Of a DNA stretch of 52,352 bases, positions 7,936-16,779 are shown one piece after another. The translations under genes were made by a program, and so were the position numbers. The notes below the pieces were generated by a model. The model worked only from the letters and a program-made list of their open reading frames with translations, made no database searches and was not told where the DNA came from. The stretch comes from a virus (Duplodnaviria > Caudoviricetes): the IMG/VR virus record IMGVR_UViG_3300037589_000013, positions 1 through 52,352 of that record; one strand, given 5' to 3'. How positions within the stretch are numbered: the stretch's first letter is position 1; every line of letters begins with the position of its first letter.

Positions 7936-8544
7936 ATGAGATTTGCGAGCGCATATAGTCAATTAACAGCCATCGAACGCGAGTTCGTTGACGGCTTTTT
8001 GCGTCGTTTGGACGCTGAAAACACCAGAAATGCGCCGGAACGCATCACCACAACATTAGATCGTTGGACTGAAACGACCGATTTTGATGCGATGGACAGC
8101 CGGGCGCGCGATCAATTCGCGAAACCGATGGTCAATGCTGCCATTCGCGAGGCTGTTGAAGATTTGGCGCGCGAGCGTGATTTAGTACCGGCTCGCATCA
8201 TCCAGGAACACGCCAATATTGCGTTTGCCAATATGGCGGATTTCTTTGAAATTGGTGAAGATGATTTTCCTAAGCCCACACTGTCCAAACTGACACGTGA
8301 ACAATGGGCGGCGATTGCTGAAATTGATGTTATTGATGAGGTTGGGCGGAATGGATCAAAGCGCCGGTTGAAGTTCAAGCTGCACGATAAGTTGCGGTCA
8401 CTCGACACGCTAGCAAAATTCAACGGTTTGGATAAAGGCGACAACCCGCTTTATTCTGATTATTCCATGCCAAAATTACCCGCAACCGTAGATAAAACCA
8501 CGGTTGCGGATGAATATCGGCGTTTCATCGGTGATGACGGATGA
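7936..8544 (+). CDS. terS: Terminase small subunit
   Basis: IAFANMADFF...AIAEI....KFKLHDKLRSLDTLAK is typical of P27/Terminase_2-type TerS; lies upstream of TerL. Confidence 0.85.
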   Translation: MRFASAYSQLTAIEREFVDGFLRRLDAENTRNAPERITTTLDRWTETTDFDAMDSRARDQFAKPMVNAAIREAVEDLARERDLVPARIIQEHANIAFANMADFFEIGEDDFPKPTLSKLTREQWAAIAEIDVIDEVGRNGSKRRLKFKLHDKLRSLDTLAKFNGLDKGDNPLYSDYSMPKLPATVDKTTVADEYRRFIGDDG

Positions 8545-8546
8545 TG

Positions 8547-8714
8547 TTATCGATGAGTGTCCTCCATCATTTTTTTGCGAATTTCATCGGCGCGCTTCTC
8601 GTATATTTCCGCCGCTTCTTTCAAACATCTTGCGGCGGCGAAAAATGCACCATCTTCCGCGTAAATTTTCGCCATTTCAATTTTTTCATTGACTTGATCG
8701 TGAATTGTGGACAT
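8547..8714 (-). CDS. Small antisense protein, 55 aa (MSTIHDQVNEKIEMAKIYAEDGAF...)
   Basis: Below the ORF-track cutoff; AACGGGAG RBS and its own promoter. Confidence 0.75.
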   Translation of the reverse strand: MSTIHDQVNEKIEMAKIYAEDGAFFAAARCLKEAAEIYEKRADEIRKKMMEDTHR

Positions 8715-8745
8715 TTCACATTCTCCCGTTGGTTGTTTCCATTTC

Positions 8746-8774
8746 TATATATTCGAGTGCTGCAATGATGTCAA
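8746..8774 (-). promoter_or_regulatory. Sigma70 promoter overlapping the terL start
   Basis: TTGACA-N17-TATATA. Confidence 0.75.
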
Positions 8775-10504
8775 CAGATAATGCAGATTTATTTGATTGG
8801 TATTTGCGCGAAACCAGCGGCGATTTAATTAAGCCATGGAAGCCGCACGCTTTATCACATGAGGAATGGCCTCCAGATTACAGCGGTGTTTACGTTTGGC
8901 GAATGCAAACTGTTGACGCATTGCGCAATTCGCCCGATTTGCTCGCTTCTGCAAAAGCATTTTATGCGCAAAATCGCAAGAAATTCATTCTGCATTGGCT
9001 TGACACTTATGATCCGCGCAAGGCGGGCGATAAATGGATACCGTTTGTTTTTTTTGAAAAACAAGATTGGTTTATTGATTATGTTGACCAATTGCGAGCC
9101 GACCAGGAAGGCGGGTTAGTTGAAAAAGCGCGTGACATGGGCGCAACATGGCTCGCGTGCGGCTATTCTGTTGCATCATGGTTGTTTATTGATGATGATG
9201 CGATTGGATGGGGTTCGCGTAAACAGGAATTAATTGATAAATTAGGCGATCCCGATAGTATTTTTGAAAAAATAAGACTGATGATTAATCGGTTGCCTGA
9301 CATTTGGCGTCCGAAAGGATTGACCGATAAAAAACACCTTACGTTTATGAAATGCATCAACCCGGAAAATGGCGCGACAATTACCGGTGAAGCTGGTGAC
9401 AATATCGGGCGCGGCGGCAGAAAGAGCATGTTTTTTGTTGATGAGGCGGCGCACATCGAACGACCGGAAAAAATTGAGGCTGCGCTAGGTGATAACACGC
9501 GCGTGCGCATCGATATTTCATCTGTGAACGGTTTGGGTAATCCATTCCATCGAAGACGTGAAGCGGGCGTTGATTGGTATCCAGACGCTAAAATTGAGCC
9601 GGGATTTACCCGCGTGTTTGTGTTTGATTGGCGCGATCATCCAGAAAAAACACAAGAATGGTATGACACCAGAAAAGCGAAATATGAACGCGAAGGTATG
9701 CAACATATTTTCGCACAAGAGGTTGACCGCAATTATAGTGCAGCGGTTTCTAATACCGTTATTCCATACGAATATATTCAAGCGGCTGTTGACGCACATT
9801 TGATAATTCCGTGTTTGCGCGTGCAACCGCTCGATATTTGGACGGCTGGTTTGGATGTTGCAGACGGTGGAATTGACCGGAACGCGTTGGCCAAACGTCA
9901 ATGGGTAATTTTGCGTCATGTTGAAGAATGGGGCGAACGCGATCCAGGTACGACAACCCGGCGCGCATTGATGTCATGTCGAGAACATCCCGGTATTCGC
10001 GTGATGTATGACGCTATCGGCGTTGGCAGCGGCGTTAAGACCGAATACAACAGAATTACGATTGATGAAAAGTTTGAATGGCGCGGTAAATTTGTTGCAT
10101 GGAATGCGGGTGCTGGCGTCCTAGAGCCATTCAATCGCATAATTCCTGATGATATGGAAAGCTTGACCAACAAAGCGTTTTTCAAAAATCTGAAATCACA
10201 AGCTTGGTGGGCGCTTTATACTCGTTTCTATAAAACATGGAAATGCGTTCAAGCAATCAAAAACAATCAACCAATTCCAGATTATAAAGCCGATGAGTTG
10301 ATTAGCTTGGATGGAACAATGCCGATGTTAATGCAATTAATGAAAGAATTAGCGCAACCGACAAAAGGCGAAAGCACATCATTGCAAATGATCGTCAACA
10401 AAACACCGGAGGGCATGAAATCGCCAAACCTTGCGGATGCGGTTGTTATGGCGTATTTCCCGATACCTGACGATTATGCTACAGTGTACAGCGGAAGCTT
10501 CTAA
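8765..10504 (+). CDS. terL: Terminase large subunit
   Basis: KARDMGATW (Walker A variant), FFVDEAAH (Walker B), ISSVNG, AGLDVADGG and SPNLADA nuclease motifs. Confidence 0.95.
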   Translation: MMSTDNADLFDWYLRETSGDLIKPWKPHALSHEEWPPDYSGVYVWRMQTVDALRNSPDLLASAKAFYAQNRKKFILHWLDTYDPRKAGDKWIPFVFFEKQDWFIDYVDQLRADQEGGLVEKARDMGATWLACGYSVASWLFIDDDAIGWGSRKQELIDKLGDPDSIFEKIRLMINRLPDIWRPKGLTDKKHLTFMKCINPENGATITGEAGDNIGRGGRKSMFFVDEAAHIERPEKIEAALGDNTRVRIDISSVNGLGNPFHRRREAGVDWYPDAKIEPGFTRVFVFDWRDHPEKTQEWYDTRKAKYEREGMQHIFAQEVDRNYSAAVSNTVIPYEYIQAAVDAHLIIPCLRVQPLDIWTAGLDVADGGIDRNALAKRQWVILRHVEEWGERDPGTTTRRALMSCREHPGIRVMYDAIGVGSGVKTEYNRITIDEKFEWRGKFVAWNAGAGVLEPFNRIIPDDMESLTNKAFFKNLKSQAWWALYTRFYKTWKCVQAIKNNQPIPDYKADELISLDGTMPMLMQLMKELAQPTKGESTSLQMIVNKTPEGMKSPNLADAVVMAYFPIPDDYATVYSGSF

Positions 10505-10514
10505 GGAACCAAAC

Positions 10515-12143
10515 ATGCACGTTCGCGCCAAATTGCTCGCATCAACCGCGTTCGCCAATCCTGGCGCTACAACGCTCGCACAACACAACAAAACGCCTGA
10601 TACCGCGTCTTTGGTTGCGGCTGTTGAAATGATCAATGATGTTGCAACAGTTGATAGTGATGAAATATTAAAGCGCTCACCTGACATTTCATCGATGCTT
10701 CCTTATTGGGATATGACAGACGATATTGTTGAAGGTTATGATGCTGTTAAGAATGCGGGTAAGAAATATTTACCGCAATTTGTTGATGAGGAAAAAGAAG
10801 ATTATGATTTACGTTTGGAATTAACAAAATTTACCAATGTATATCGTGATATTGTTGAAGGTTTGGCTGCAAAACCATTTGAAGAGGAAGTTACTTTTAT
10901 TGAAAGTGATGACAAAAAGGTTCCCGAAGAATTAAAAGAATTTGCAGAAAATGTAGATGGTTCCGGCAATAACCTTACTGTTTTTGCGTCATTGGCAATG
11001 TTCAATGGTGTAAATTCTGCAATTCATTGGTTGTTTATTGATTATCCGACTGTTGATCGTGAACGCATCAAAACCAAAGCTGATCAGAAACAAGCCGGAA
11101 TTCGCCCGTTTTGGTCGCACGTCTTAGGGCGTAATATTCTGGAAGCAAAAACCAAAATTGTTAATGGAAAGCAAATGCTTTCTTACATTCGCATTTTCGA
11201 GCCTGGCGTTACTGAACCGGACCGCGTGCGAATTTTTCAATTGAATGATGATGGCAGAGTTGTTTGGGAACTTTATGAAAAATTACCCAATGAGAAAAAA
11301 TTTATTCGTGTTGACAACGGAATATTGTCAATTTCGATAATTCCTCTTGTTCCGTTCATTACCGGGCGGCGCGATGGAACAACATTCAAAATATTTCCTG
11401 CAATGCGCGATGCAGCCGATTTGCAGATTAAACTATATCAATCAGAAAGCGCGCTTGAATACATTTCGAATTTGGCCGGTTATCCTATGCTTGCCGCGAA
11501 CGGTATGCGCCCGGAAATGCAAGCTGATGGAAGGACACCAAAGAAATTAAAGCGCGGACCATCACGCGTGTTGTGGGGTATTCCTGATGGTAATGGTAAT
11601 TCCGGTTCATGGGCTTACGTTGAACCGTCCGCGCAATCGATGGAATTTCTTGAAAAGAAAAATACCAATACCAAGCAAGATTTGCGTGAATTAGGACGTC
11701 AACCATTGACCGCTAATTCCGGTAATTTAACGGTTATCACTACTGCATACGCGGCGGGCAAATCCAAATCGGCGGTTTCCGTATGGGCACTTGCTCTGAA
11801 AGATGCGCTTGAAAATGCGTTTTTGATTACCGCAATGTACATGTCAATTAACGATTATGAACCGGAAATTAATGTTTACACTGAATTTGACGAATTCATG
11901 GATGGTAATTCGGACATTGAAGCGTTGCGGGCGGCACGCGATAGCGGCGACCTTTCACAAGAAACATATTGGAGTGAATTGAAGCGCCGCAAGGTTCTTT
12001 CACCTGAATTTGATAAAGAGGAAGAACGCGAACGGTTGTTGAAAGAAGTTCCCGCCGATGATACAAATCTGGATATTAATTTAGATGATGATTTAGACCC
12101 GAATGCGACACCGGGCAATGTGCCGCGCAACAATGCCGTTTAG
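10515..12143 (+). CDS. Portal protein (DUF4055-like)
   Basis: Follows TerL; YLPQF..E..EDY..RL....F.N, IPLVPF; AAGGA RBS before ATG 10515. Confidence 0.9.
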   Translation: MHVRAKLLASTAFANPGATTLAQHNKTPDTASLVAAVEMINDVATVDSDEILKRSPDISSMLPYWDMTDDIVEGYDAVKNAGKKYLPQFVDEEKEDYDLRLELTKFTNVYRDIVEGLAAKPFEEEVTFIESDDKKVPEELKEFAENVDGSGNNLTVFASLAMFNGVNSAIHWLFIDYPTVDRERIKTKADQKQAGIRPFWSHVLGRNILEAKTKIVNGKQMLSYIRIFEPGVTEPDRVRIFQLNDDGRVVWELYEKLPNEKKFIRVDNGILSISIIPLVPFITGRRDGTTFKIFPAMRDAADLQIKLYQSESALEYISNLAGYPMLAANGMRPEMQADGRTPKKLKRGPSRVLWGIPDGNGNSGSWAYVEPSAQSMEFLEKKNTNTKQDLRELGRQPLTANSGNLTVITTAYAAGKSKSAVSVWALALKDALENAFLITAMYMSINDYEPEINVYTEFDEFMDGNSDIEALRAARDSGDLSQETYWSELKRRKVLSPEFDKEEERERLLKEVPADDTNLDINLDDDLDPNATPGNVPRNNAV

Positions 12144-12176
12144 CAGGATAGCAGCGGCGCAACAGTTGGATAACTG
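12143..12176 (+). promoter_or_regulatory. GGAT double-hairpin element upstream of the scaffold gene
   Basis: GCAGGATAGC-A-GCGGCGC-AA-CAGTTGGATAACTG. Confidence 0.6.
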
Positions 12177-12181
12177 CAAAA

Positions 12182-13003
12182 ATGAAAACGATCATCAAGA
12201 CGCATCTTGCCATTCTCGCCACTGCTGCATTTGACCCAGGCTCGCCGGGCTGGAAAGTTGATGCAGACGGTAAACTTGAATTGAAGGACAGCAACCCGAT
12301 TTACGTTGACGCCAGTGGACGTGAAGCGGTCGTTGCATCCGATACAATTTCCAAATTGAACGCGGAAGCAAAGTCACATCGTGAGCGTGCCGAAAAAGCG
12401 GAAGGCGCTTTGAAAGCGTTTGAGGGTGTGGACCCGGAAGCAGCACGCAAAGCAATCGATACCGTCAAGAATATCGACGCCAAACAATTGATTGACGCTG
12501 GTGAAGTCGAGAAGGTACGCGAGGCGGTCAAAGCTGAATTCACCGCTCAATTATCGGAAAAAGATAAGGCAATTGCAGAACGCGACGGAACAATTGCAGA
12601 TATGCAAATTGGCGGTATTTTCAAAGGTTCAACGTTCTTGCGTGAGAAAGTCGCGTTGCCGCTCGATATGGTTGAAAGTTATTTCAAGTCAAATTTCAAG
12701 CTGGATAACGGCAAGCCGACAGCCTATTACAAGGACGGCAATCCGGTTATGTCAAAAGAGCCTGGCAATATCGGAAATCCTGCATCGCCCGATGAGGCAT
12801 TGCGCTTGCTGATTGAAGCACATCCGCAAAAGGATATGCTGTTGAAAGCCGATGATAGCAGCGGAAGCGGAAGTGGCGGCGCTGGTGGCGGTCGTGGTGG
12901 CGGTCGTCAAATGAGGCGCGCTGACTTTGAGAAGCTGGCACCAGCGGCACAAGCGGAAGCGGCAAAGAAACAGCAGGCCGGTGAAATGGTAATCGTGGAT
13001 TAA
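12182..13003 (+). CDS. Capsid scaffolding protein
   Basis: Position before the capsid gene; coiled coil LNAEAKSHRERAEKAE, LIDAGEVEKV; Gly-rich linker and short C-terminal domain. Confidence 0.85.
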   Translation: MKTIIKTHLAILATAAFDPGSPGWKVDADGKLELKDSNPIYVDASGREAVVASDTISKLNAEAKSHRERAEKAEGALKAFEGVDPEAARKAIDTVKNIDAKQLIDAGEVEKVREAVKAEFTAQLSEKDKAIAERDGTIADMQIGGIFKGSTFLREKVALPLDMVESYFKSNFKLDNGKPTAYYKDGNPVMSKEPGNIGNPASPDEALRLLIEAHPQKDMLLKADDSSGSGSGGAGGGRGGGRQMRRADFEKLAPAAQAEAAKKQQAGEMVIVD

Positions 13004-13030
13004 TTCCCTTTCAATTAATCCACTGATCGC

Positions 13031-13070
13031 ACGGGCGGAACTTTGGCGGGGTTCCGCCCGTTGCTGTTTT
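13031..13070 (+). terminator. Intrinsic terminator, possibly bidirectional
   Basis: 11-bp stem ACGGGCGGAAC/GTTCCGCCCGT between convergent genes. Confidence 0.75.
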
Positions 13071-13290
13071 ATTTTTCATTGAGTAATTCAAACCAAAGCC
13101 TAATGAGTGTTTCAACGCGTTCTTTTGCGGCTTTGGATGACGTGAATTCTTTCATTGATTTCACTCCAGGCAAGAAAACGCGCGCTTGCCATTTCTCCAA
13201 CTTGTACACTTTGCCGACAATAACCGAACCAATCATTGCGATTTCGCCGCTTTCATTTCGGTTAAGATTACGCGTCCAGATGGGTTTCAT
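13069..13290 (-). CDS. Hypothetical protein
   Basis: Antisense cassette; ATGA coupling. Confidence 0.7.
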   Translation of the reverse strand: MKPIWTRNLNRNESGEIAMIGSVIVGKVYKLEKWQARVFLPGVKSMKEFTSSKAAKERVETLIRLWFELLNEK

Positions 13291-13463
13291 CGCGTCACTT
13301 CTTTTCGTTTCCGTAAATCTGCAATTACCTTGTCTTGATCTTTGTTATAAATATCAGCGACAAGACAGGCGGTTACGGAAATTGAACCGAATTCATCATC
13401 AAGCCATTCCGTATCATCGTTGTCGAGCAACCATTGCAACGCGGCTTTATATCCCATTTTCAT
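13287..13463 (-). CDS. Hypothetical protein (MKMGYKAALQWL...)
   Basis: GGAG RBS; start refined from the ORF track. Confidence 0.7.
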   Translation of the reverse strand: MKMGYKAALQWLLDNDDTEWLDDEFGSISVTACLVADIYNKDQDKVIADLRKRKEVTR

Positions 13464-13467
13464 TGTT

Positions 13468-13653
13468 CTAACTCCACACTGCAAACATGTTATCGCGCTG
13501 CATCCACAAAACAGCCTTGCCGTTTGCGACGTTGACAACGCGCGCCAACATACCGTTGATTTTAACCCACTGTCCGCGCAAGTAATTTTCAACCTGCGAT
13601 GCAATCGGGCGGTTGCGGTCGATATAGACGGTTTTAACATACAACTTACGCAT
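13468..13653 (-). CDS. Hypothetical protein
   Basis: AAGGGAG RBS; promoter TTGACA-N17-TACATC at 13691-13719. Confidence 0.7.
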   Translation of the reverse strand: MRKLYVKTVYIDRNRPIASQVENYLRGQWVKINGMLARVVNVANGKAVLWMQRDNMFAVWS

Positions 13654-13715
13654 GGGTAAATCTCCCTTAATTTGTGTGCGTGTTTAATTAGATGTAATTG
13701 TTGTTGTGGATTGTG

Positions 13716-13970
13716 TCAATACCATTTCAGCGTATTTTTTGTTTTGATGAGTTCGTTTCGGAATTCCTCGCTAAATTCCGAACCATCGCAATCATATTCA
13801 CGAAGTGTCGGACCCATGCCCGGCTTTCCTTCAAACGATCCACCTTTTCCGGTTGCGGTTTCATATACGCGGAAATGATAATTTCCCTTGCGCCCTTCAC
13901 ACCGAACATATGCGCCGGTTACAAGTTCCGGGCTGTAGCTCTTGGATGTGTAAATGATTGTATTAGTCAT
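13716..13970 (-). CDS. Hypothetical protein
   Basis: AAGGGA RBS downstream of the repeated promoter element. Confidence 0.7.
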   Translation of the reverse strand: MTNTIIYTSKSYSPELVTGAYVRCEGRKGNYHFRVYETATGKGGSFEGKPGMGPTLREYDCDGSEFSEEFRNELIKTKNTLKWY

Positions 13971-13983
13971 TGTCGTGTTTCCC

Positions 13984-14035
13984 TTGCTGTTGATTGTTTA
14001 TCGTATGTTTCGTTTCTAATTGCAACACTTATTTT
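13984..14035 (-). promoter_or_regulatory. 52-bp repeated promoter element, copy 2
   Basis: 46/52 identical to 7831-7882; TTGCAA-N17-GATAAA. Confidence 0.75.
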
Positions 14036-14053
14036 TATCCACACTAGAGCCGG

Positions 14054-14082
14054 TTGACCATCGCGGCAAATCAGCGTATTTA
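14054..14082 (+). promoter_or_regulatory. Promoter for the major capsid gene
   Basis: TTGACC-N17-TATTTA. Confidence 0.65.
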
Positions 14083-14096
14083 TCGAACATTGCCAA

Positions 14097-14133
14097 GCAT
14101 TGGATAATGCGCGGCGCGCGGGTTGGATAACCC
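14097..14133 (+). promoter_or_regulatory. GGAT double-hairpin element in the capsid 5' UTR
   Basis: GCATTGGATAATGC-GCGGCGC-GC-GGGTTGGATAACCC. Confidence 0.7.
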
Positions 14134-14208
14134 AACAAACCAGTTTTTCCGAAAACCGGCGCGCGTCCTGCATTTGTCAACCGCGCCACAAACACAAAGG
14201 CGCGCAAA

Positions 14209-15453
14209 ATGCGTAGTTCACTCATTCTCCAAAATTCGACGGTGCTTGCTGCACCTTACATTCTTTCCGGCGCTTACGGTTCCGCAAACACGCTCACCAA
14301 TCTGATTGGCGATCTGTATGCGGCGCTTGATGTGGTGTCGCGCGAGCTTGTCGGCATGATCCCTGGCGTTACTCGCAACGCATCCGCCGAACGTGCCGCG
14401 CTTGGTCAGGCGGTCACATGGCCGGTTGCGCCATCCATGGGCACATTCAATGTTACCCCTGCAATGGCTGTTCCCGAACCTGCGGACCGCACCATCGGTA
14501 ACGACAGCATGACAATCACCAAATCCAAAGGTGTTGAATTCGGCTGGACCGGTGAAGAACAGCGCGGTTTGAACGTCCAGGGACCGGGCTATCTGTCAAT
14601 TCAGGCTGATATGTTTGCACAAGGTCTGCGCACGCTCACCAATGAAATTGAAGCTGATCTTGTCGCGGCTGCGGCGGCTGCGGCAACCGTGGCAACCGGC
14701 ACGGCCGGAACTACCCCGTTTGCTTCCAACGTTGGTGACAGCGCGCAAGTTCGCAAACTGCTTGATGACGCGGGCGCGCCGGGTTCGGAACGTTCGTTGA
14801 TTATCGACACCACATCAGGTGCGGCACTTCGTACCCTGGCAAACTTGACCAAGGTCAATGAAGCCGGAACCAACATGACGTTGCGTGATGGTCAGTTGCT
14901 CGATTTGAACGGTCTTTCGATCCGTGAAACCGGGCAACCTTACACGGTCGCATCACACGGCACGGCGGCAAATGCGACAACCAACACGGCAGGTTATGCC
15001 AAAGGCGCAACAACCATCACCCTAGCGAGCGCCGGAACGGGAACGATCATTGCGGGCGATTTCATTTCGTTTGCCGGTGACAGCCGTTCTTATCGTGTTG
15101 TGACTGGTGACGCGGATGTTTCGGGCGGTGGTACGGTTGTCATTGCCGAACCGGGCTTGCAGGAAGCCATTCCGGCGGCTGCAACGGCGATCACTGTCAA
15201 CCGCCCGTCTTCCGGTGCCTCTACTCGCAATATCGCTTTCTCGCGCGATGCGATGGCGCTGGCAGCACGTGCACCGGCCTTACCGGAAGGCGGCGACTTG
15301 GCAATGGACCGCATGTTGCTGACCGATCCGCGATCCGGCCTTGTGTTTGAGGTTTCGCTTTATCCTGGTTATCGCAAGGTGCGCGCGGAAGTCGCAATGT
15401 CGTGGGGCGTCAAGGCCATCAAGCCCCCGCATATCGTCGCATTGCTCGGTTAA
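14209..15453 (+). CDS. Major capsid protein (P22 gp5-like HK97 fold with insertion domain)
   Basis: ANTLTNLI.DLY.ALDVVSRELVG, AFSRDA..LAARAP, DPRSGL.FEV..Y, WGVKAIKP; strong codon bias. Confidence 0.92.
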   Translation: MRSSLILQNSTVLAAPYILSGAYGSANTLTNLIGDLYAALDVVSRELVGMIPGVTRNASAERAALGQAVTWPVAPSMGTFNVTPAMAVPEPADRTIGNDSMTITKSKGVEFGWTGEEQRGLNVQGPGYLSIQADMFAQGLRTLTNEIEADLVAAAAAAATVATGTAGTTPFASNVGDSAQVRKLLDDAGAPGSERSLIIDTTSGAALRTLANLTKVNEAGTNMTLRDGQLLDLNGLSIRETGQPYTVASHGTAANATTNTAGYAKGATTITLASAGTGTIIAGDFISFAGDSRSYRVVTGDADVSGGGTVVIAEPGLQEAIPAAATAITVNRPSSGASTRNIAFSRDAMALAARAPALPEGGDLAMDRMLLTDPRSGLVFEVSLYPGYRKVRAEVAMSWGVKAIKPPHIVALLG

Positions 15454-15471
15454 TCCGATCAGATGAACAAC

Positions 15472-15505
15472 ACGGCGCGGAACTTTGACGGTTCTGCGCC
15501 GTTTT
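15472..15505 (+). terminator. Intrinsic terminator after the capsid gene
   Basis: 12-bp stem ACGGCGCGGAAC/GTTCTGCGCCGT followed by a T run. Confidence 0.75.
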
Positions 15506-15533
15506 GGTAAAATGACGTGTCGGGATAAAATAA

Positions 15534-15806
15534 ATGCAAAACGCACAAGAAAAACCGCAATCTAATGATGTCGCCACCGAACTGCGGGCAAGAATTGTTG
15601 CCTTGGAAACATGGAAAATAGAGCGAACCGTTGAAAGCGCTCGCCATGATGAACGTTGGAAACATTTGGATGTCAGATTTAATCAGCTTGACAAAGACAT
15701 CAAAGCAGTAAGCACAATTCTAAGTCGGCTCAATTGGCTTGTCATAAGTGGAATTGTCGTTGCTGCAATAGCTTTTGTCATTGGTGGCGGTTTCGCAAAA
15801 ATTTAA
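15534..15806 (+). CDS. XhlA-like membrane protein (coiled coil plus C-terminal TM helix)
   Basis: RIVALE...LDVRFNQLD then WLVISGIVVAAIAFVIGGG. Confidence 0.65.
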   Translation: MQNAQEKPQSNDVATELRARIVALETWKIERTVESARHDERWKHLDVRFNQLDKDIKAVSTILSRLNWLVISGIVVAAIAFVIGGGFAKI

Positions 15807-15825
15807 CGCAAAGAAAGGAAATGCA

Positions 15826-16188
15826 ATGTCACGTGTACCAACAATGATAATCGATACTGAAAACGGACCGGTTACAATCAACCGTTCGGCTTTCGATCCT
15901 GAAACAATGCGAGAGTATGGCGCAACGGTCGATCCGGCTCCAACGGTCGATCCGGCTCCAACGGTCGATCCGGCTCCAACGGTCGATCCGGTTGATCCGG
16001 TTGATCCGGTTGATCCGGCTCCAGACGCCACCACGGTACCGCAACAGATGCTTGTTACAAAGAAGGGTAAGAAGTTCATTGTTGTTGACGAAAACGCCAA
16101 CCCCATCGAACATGCGGACATTGAAGCGGACGGATATGCAAAAGAAGCTGATGCATGGTCGGCAATTATGAACGTCCAGGGGAAATAA
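15826..16188 (+). CDS. Head-associated protein with a Pro/Asp repeat linker
   Basis: AAGGA RBS; INRSAFDPET; position after the capsid gene. Confidence 0.65.
   Translation: MSRVPTMIIDTENGPVTINRSAFDPETMREYGATVDPAPTVDPAPTVDPAPTVDPVDPVDPVDPAPDATTVPQQMLVTKKGKKFIVVDENANPIEHADIEADGYAKEADAWSAIMNVQGK
15923..16023 (+). repeat. Coding tandem repeats: 18-bp unit x about 3.8, then 9-bp unit x 3
   Basis: (CAACGGTCGATCCGGCTC)n then (TTGATCCGG)3, encoding TVDPAP and VDP units. Confidence 0.95.
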
Positions 16189-16189
16189 A

Positions 16190-16699
16190 ATGACAACTTA
16201 CACCGGCGCAACAATTGATGGTTTCGATGATTATTTTGAAGCGCGCGGGGTTGAACGACCAGCAACGATGACGGATGAAATTGTTACCGCCGCGTTGCTG
16301 GTTGCAACCGAATGGATCGATAGCGTTTATGGACCGTCATTTATTGGTTATAAAACAGGCGGATTTAGACAGTCTCGCGAATGGCCGCGCACAATGGCTG
16401 TTGTTGATACTTTCCCTTATTTCGCATTTCCAACCGATGAAATTCCAGATCAATTAATTAACGCGGTTTATGAAGCCGCGTGGAGACACGCCAGCACACC
16501 GGGTTCACTGCTTGCCGACTACACACCTGCAAAATATAAATCTGTTTCAATTGACGGTGCTGTTTCGGTTGAATATGCGGCGTTTAATTCCGCGTCCGAA
16601 ATTCAAAAATCATTCCCTCGCATTGATCAATTGTTGTCGGATTTGCTCGACAGCGGAAAATCAGTTTCAAGCTATAGCGGTGCTACATCGCGGGCATGA
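16190..16699 (+). CDS. Head-tail adaptor (DnaT-like)
   Basis: ALLVATEWID...F.G.K....Q..EWPR...IP.....A.YEAA; synteny. Confidence 0.8.
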   Translation: MTTYTGATIDGFDDYFEARGVERPATMTDEIVTAALLVATEWIDSVYGPSFIGYKTGGFRQSREWPRTMAVVDTFPYFAFPTDEIPDQLINAVYEAAWRHASTPGSLLADYTPAKYKSVSIDGAVSVEYAAFNSASEIQKSFPRIDQLLSDLLDSGKSVSSYSGATSRA

Positions 16700-16730
16700 A
16701 AAAACCCGCTACACTGGAAATGTAGCGGGT
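16699..16730 (-). terminator. Intrinsic terminator of the antisense gene
   Basis: 10-bp stem ACCCGCTACA/TGTAGCGGGT flanked by an A6 run. Confidence 0.75.
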
Positions 16731-16779
16731 CAGTTGGGCTAGGTGCGGGAGGGATTGCCCTAGCCTTGGGGAGTGTGGA

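Noticed and set aside
7936-7960. TerS N-terminus MRFASAY as another A-F/Y leader
   Set aside because: It is too short, lacks the hydrophobic run and probably belongs to the first helix of the domain.
14035-14043. DnaA box TTATCCACA (also near 38196)
   Set aside because: Isolated single copies are compatible with chance; there is no cluster.
15923-16023. CRISPR-like array
   Set aside because: These are head-to-tail in-frame coding repeats with no spacers.
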